From Centroscyllium fabricii (lineage: Eukaryota): DNA of 64,000 nt. The stretch is taken from contig JBNRSN020000004.1 in assembly GCA_051313645.2 (NCBI GenBank), positions 46,314,001 to 46,378,000 of the forward strand. The letters are read 5' to 3'. The notes under the pieces were generated by a model that was given only the letters and a program-made list of their open reading frames with translations, was not told the DNA's origin and did no database searches. Each line of letters begins with the position of its first letter. Position 1 is the first letter of the stretch. The translations under genes were made by a program, and so were the position numbers. Positions 61,724-64,000 of this stretch are shown here, piece by piece.

Positions 61724-62950
61724 CTCTAACGGCTATTCTTAACATGTGATTCCAGACAGTATGTGCCAGCGAGGTATTTAGCTGTGAGGAGCAGCACAGC
61801 CAGGCCCAATACTATCCTCACCCAATATATTGACATACGCACAGCAGAAATAATGATCATAAGTGAAAAAAAGTTAATATTTTCCATCTCTGGCCCAAGG
61901 GTGCTATTTTAGTGGCCGCACTGCTGCCCTGGCTGAGATCAGCTCATACAGTGCAAGTTGGGAATCAAACTGAGGACCACTGGAGCCATCAGGGAGCTCT
62001 GAGTCCTGTCATTTTTATACATCACTACTACATTTAGGTAGAATGTCTGCAGCAGGAAATTGATATTACTGAGCAATCAATCTCTATTTGACAAAGTAAT
62101 ATCCTGTCATATTTCACTTCATTCCCATTTCTCAAATCTGGTCACACGGATAGGTAGATTTATATAAAATGTATCACAGATGTGTTTCTGGATGATGTTT
62201 GATAATCTGTGTTTTAAATCTCAGCTACAAACAAATCGACATATGTACAGTCCTAATAGTTCAATTACTGATAGGGCAAATCATTGCCAACTCACAACAT
62301 TGCTGTTTATGTCATAATAATGTAACTCTCCTGATGTGCCATCAGATGTGTGTTGGGATTGATGCAAGCCAGAGAGATTCAAAGTAACAAGGTTAGAAAG
62401 ATGTTATCTACAGGAAAATTAAATGAACTCCACTCAGCAAAACAGTTGCCACCATCTGAAAGTATTTAAGCAACATCCCCAAATAGAAATTAGTTTAGTG
62501 TACAACACAGAAATTGTACGATAAATTGAATTAGCTACATATGCAGTGCATTACAACATTTGCATAATCTATCTAAGCATTAACCTGTCATGGGAGGCTC
62601 ATAACAAGGCAAAAAATAATGAAAACCCTGAATAGAAAATAATGGATAATAGTGTCAGAGTGATTACATGGAAGTAATCTCATTGAGCCTCAGGTTGAGA
62701 TTATTTTCATTAGCATTCCCATTTATACATTGTTTTGTATGTGTAAATAAACTTATTTTAAATAATAAAAATTAAGTCTGACCTGCCATTGGCATGTGCT
62801 GCCATCCCTATTCAGTTGACGGATGATGTTTTACAAGAATGTAATCTGCAGTAGGTTAGTGGTCAATAGCACTGCTTTATGTATTATAATTAAATTAGTA
62901 AAAATACAATAAGCATTTAACATTTTCACTGACATAATTGTGAATTTATA

Positions 62951-63483
62951 CAGGTTGTGCACCGAAAATCCGTGTCCCGAATAGCCGGCAGCTTCAGTCT
63001 ACCGGCACAAATTGCTCAGACTGCACTGCGCATGCGCAAGATGGCCACCGCCATTGTGGCTTCGGCGACTGATCTGCGCATGCGCCGAGCGCATGCGCAG
63101 ATCATTCAAAACAGCGGCGGGTGTTTTGAATGATCTGCGCATGCGTCGCCGGACGGTTAGCGCATGCGCAGATAATTCAATACGGCCGCCGGTTATTTTC
63201 CCGACAGCTGAGCCCTGTGACTGAGGCGGACAGTCACTAGGCAATAGCTGTCAGCCTGAGTCCGGCTCGGCGGCAGCAGCAACCCGAAAGGCGATGGAGC
63301 GGGAACGCGGACCCGTGCCCGATCTGCGCATGCGCGCGCCAGCCAATCTCAATGTTGTGCGCATGCGCACGGCCATTTTGAATGGTGCGCATGCGCAGTG
63401 TCCAACCTCGTTCTCCCGGTTTTTTCTGTTTCCCGGCACGGGCCTGGTCCCGCCCGTGGCGGATTAATCGTGCACAACCCCTG
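62951..63483. mobile_element. Tigger/pogo-like MITE, copy 3
   Basis: TA-flanked; both TIRs carry the matching GTTGTGCAC variant. Confidence 0.92.
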
Positions 63484-64000
63484 TACTTGAATTCTGGTAA
63501 ACAAGCTTTAAAAAGATAACCTTTAACAATACAATCTGGTTTACAAAGAGAGCACTTAGTCAGCATACAGAGTATACAATGAAACCTTGCTGAATGCACT
63601 CATGCAGTTCTAAATAAAAATCAGGGAATGCACTAAAATGAATTCTGGTGCACTATAGCACAATTTCCAATGTTAAATGTGCAAATATCCTTTTTGTTGA
63701 CAAAATTACACTGTTGTTGCAAAGCAACCCCACATAAAAGGTACCAGAGGTACAGGCAAACAACTATTGCTGTGATGTTTAAGCAAAACAAAACATGCAA
63801 AGCCATCAGACTTAACTGGGATTGATGCATGTAGGCCAGGATTAAATTCCACAAGAAAATCAAAGTAACAGGGTCAGTGGAGCAAGCAAGTTGAAAATGG
63901 ACCTCTGCAGGAAAATTGTAATTCTTTTCAAAACGTTTTGATGTCTCTTCATTGAAATGATCGATAGTTTGTTTACATGAAGCAGATGCATTGGCTGAAA

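Overview
Eukaryotic, repeat-dense vertebrate DNA, most consistent with a cartilaginous fish (shark/ray) given the HE1/V-SINEs, DeuSINE and CR1/L2/Penelope content. The only host gene I can support is ARHGAP12 on the minus strand: first coding exon 41153-40361 (SH3 domain), a probable non-coding first exon and a CpG-island promoter near 51.0-51.5 kb. No further ARHGAP12 exon was recognised in 1-40360, which therefore appears to be intron. Most of the remainder is nested transposable elements: several CR1 families, including an uninterrupted APE+RT ORF2 at 34903-37707; a second CR1/L2-group LINE with its partner SINE; L2 and RTE fragments; Penelope-like fragments with minimal hammerhead ribozyme motifs; a decayed hAT transposase; an apparently intact two-exon PIF/Harbinger transposon (55157-57646) with no recognisable Myb/SANT partner ORF; Tigger-, Charlie- and Harbinger-type MITEs; and a solo LTR. 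I found no clearly new biological system. The best leads are the single-gene Harbinger, a long Tigger MITE carrying an exon-like CpG-rich cargo next to the ARHGAP12 coding exon, inverted twin-hammerhead Penelope insertions, and a multi-stem RNA hairpin acquired by one CR1 3' UTR. Family names come from recalled motifs, not database searches, and boundaries of decayed repeats are approximate.
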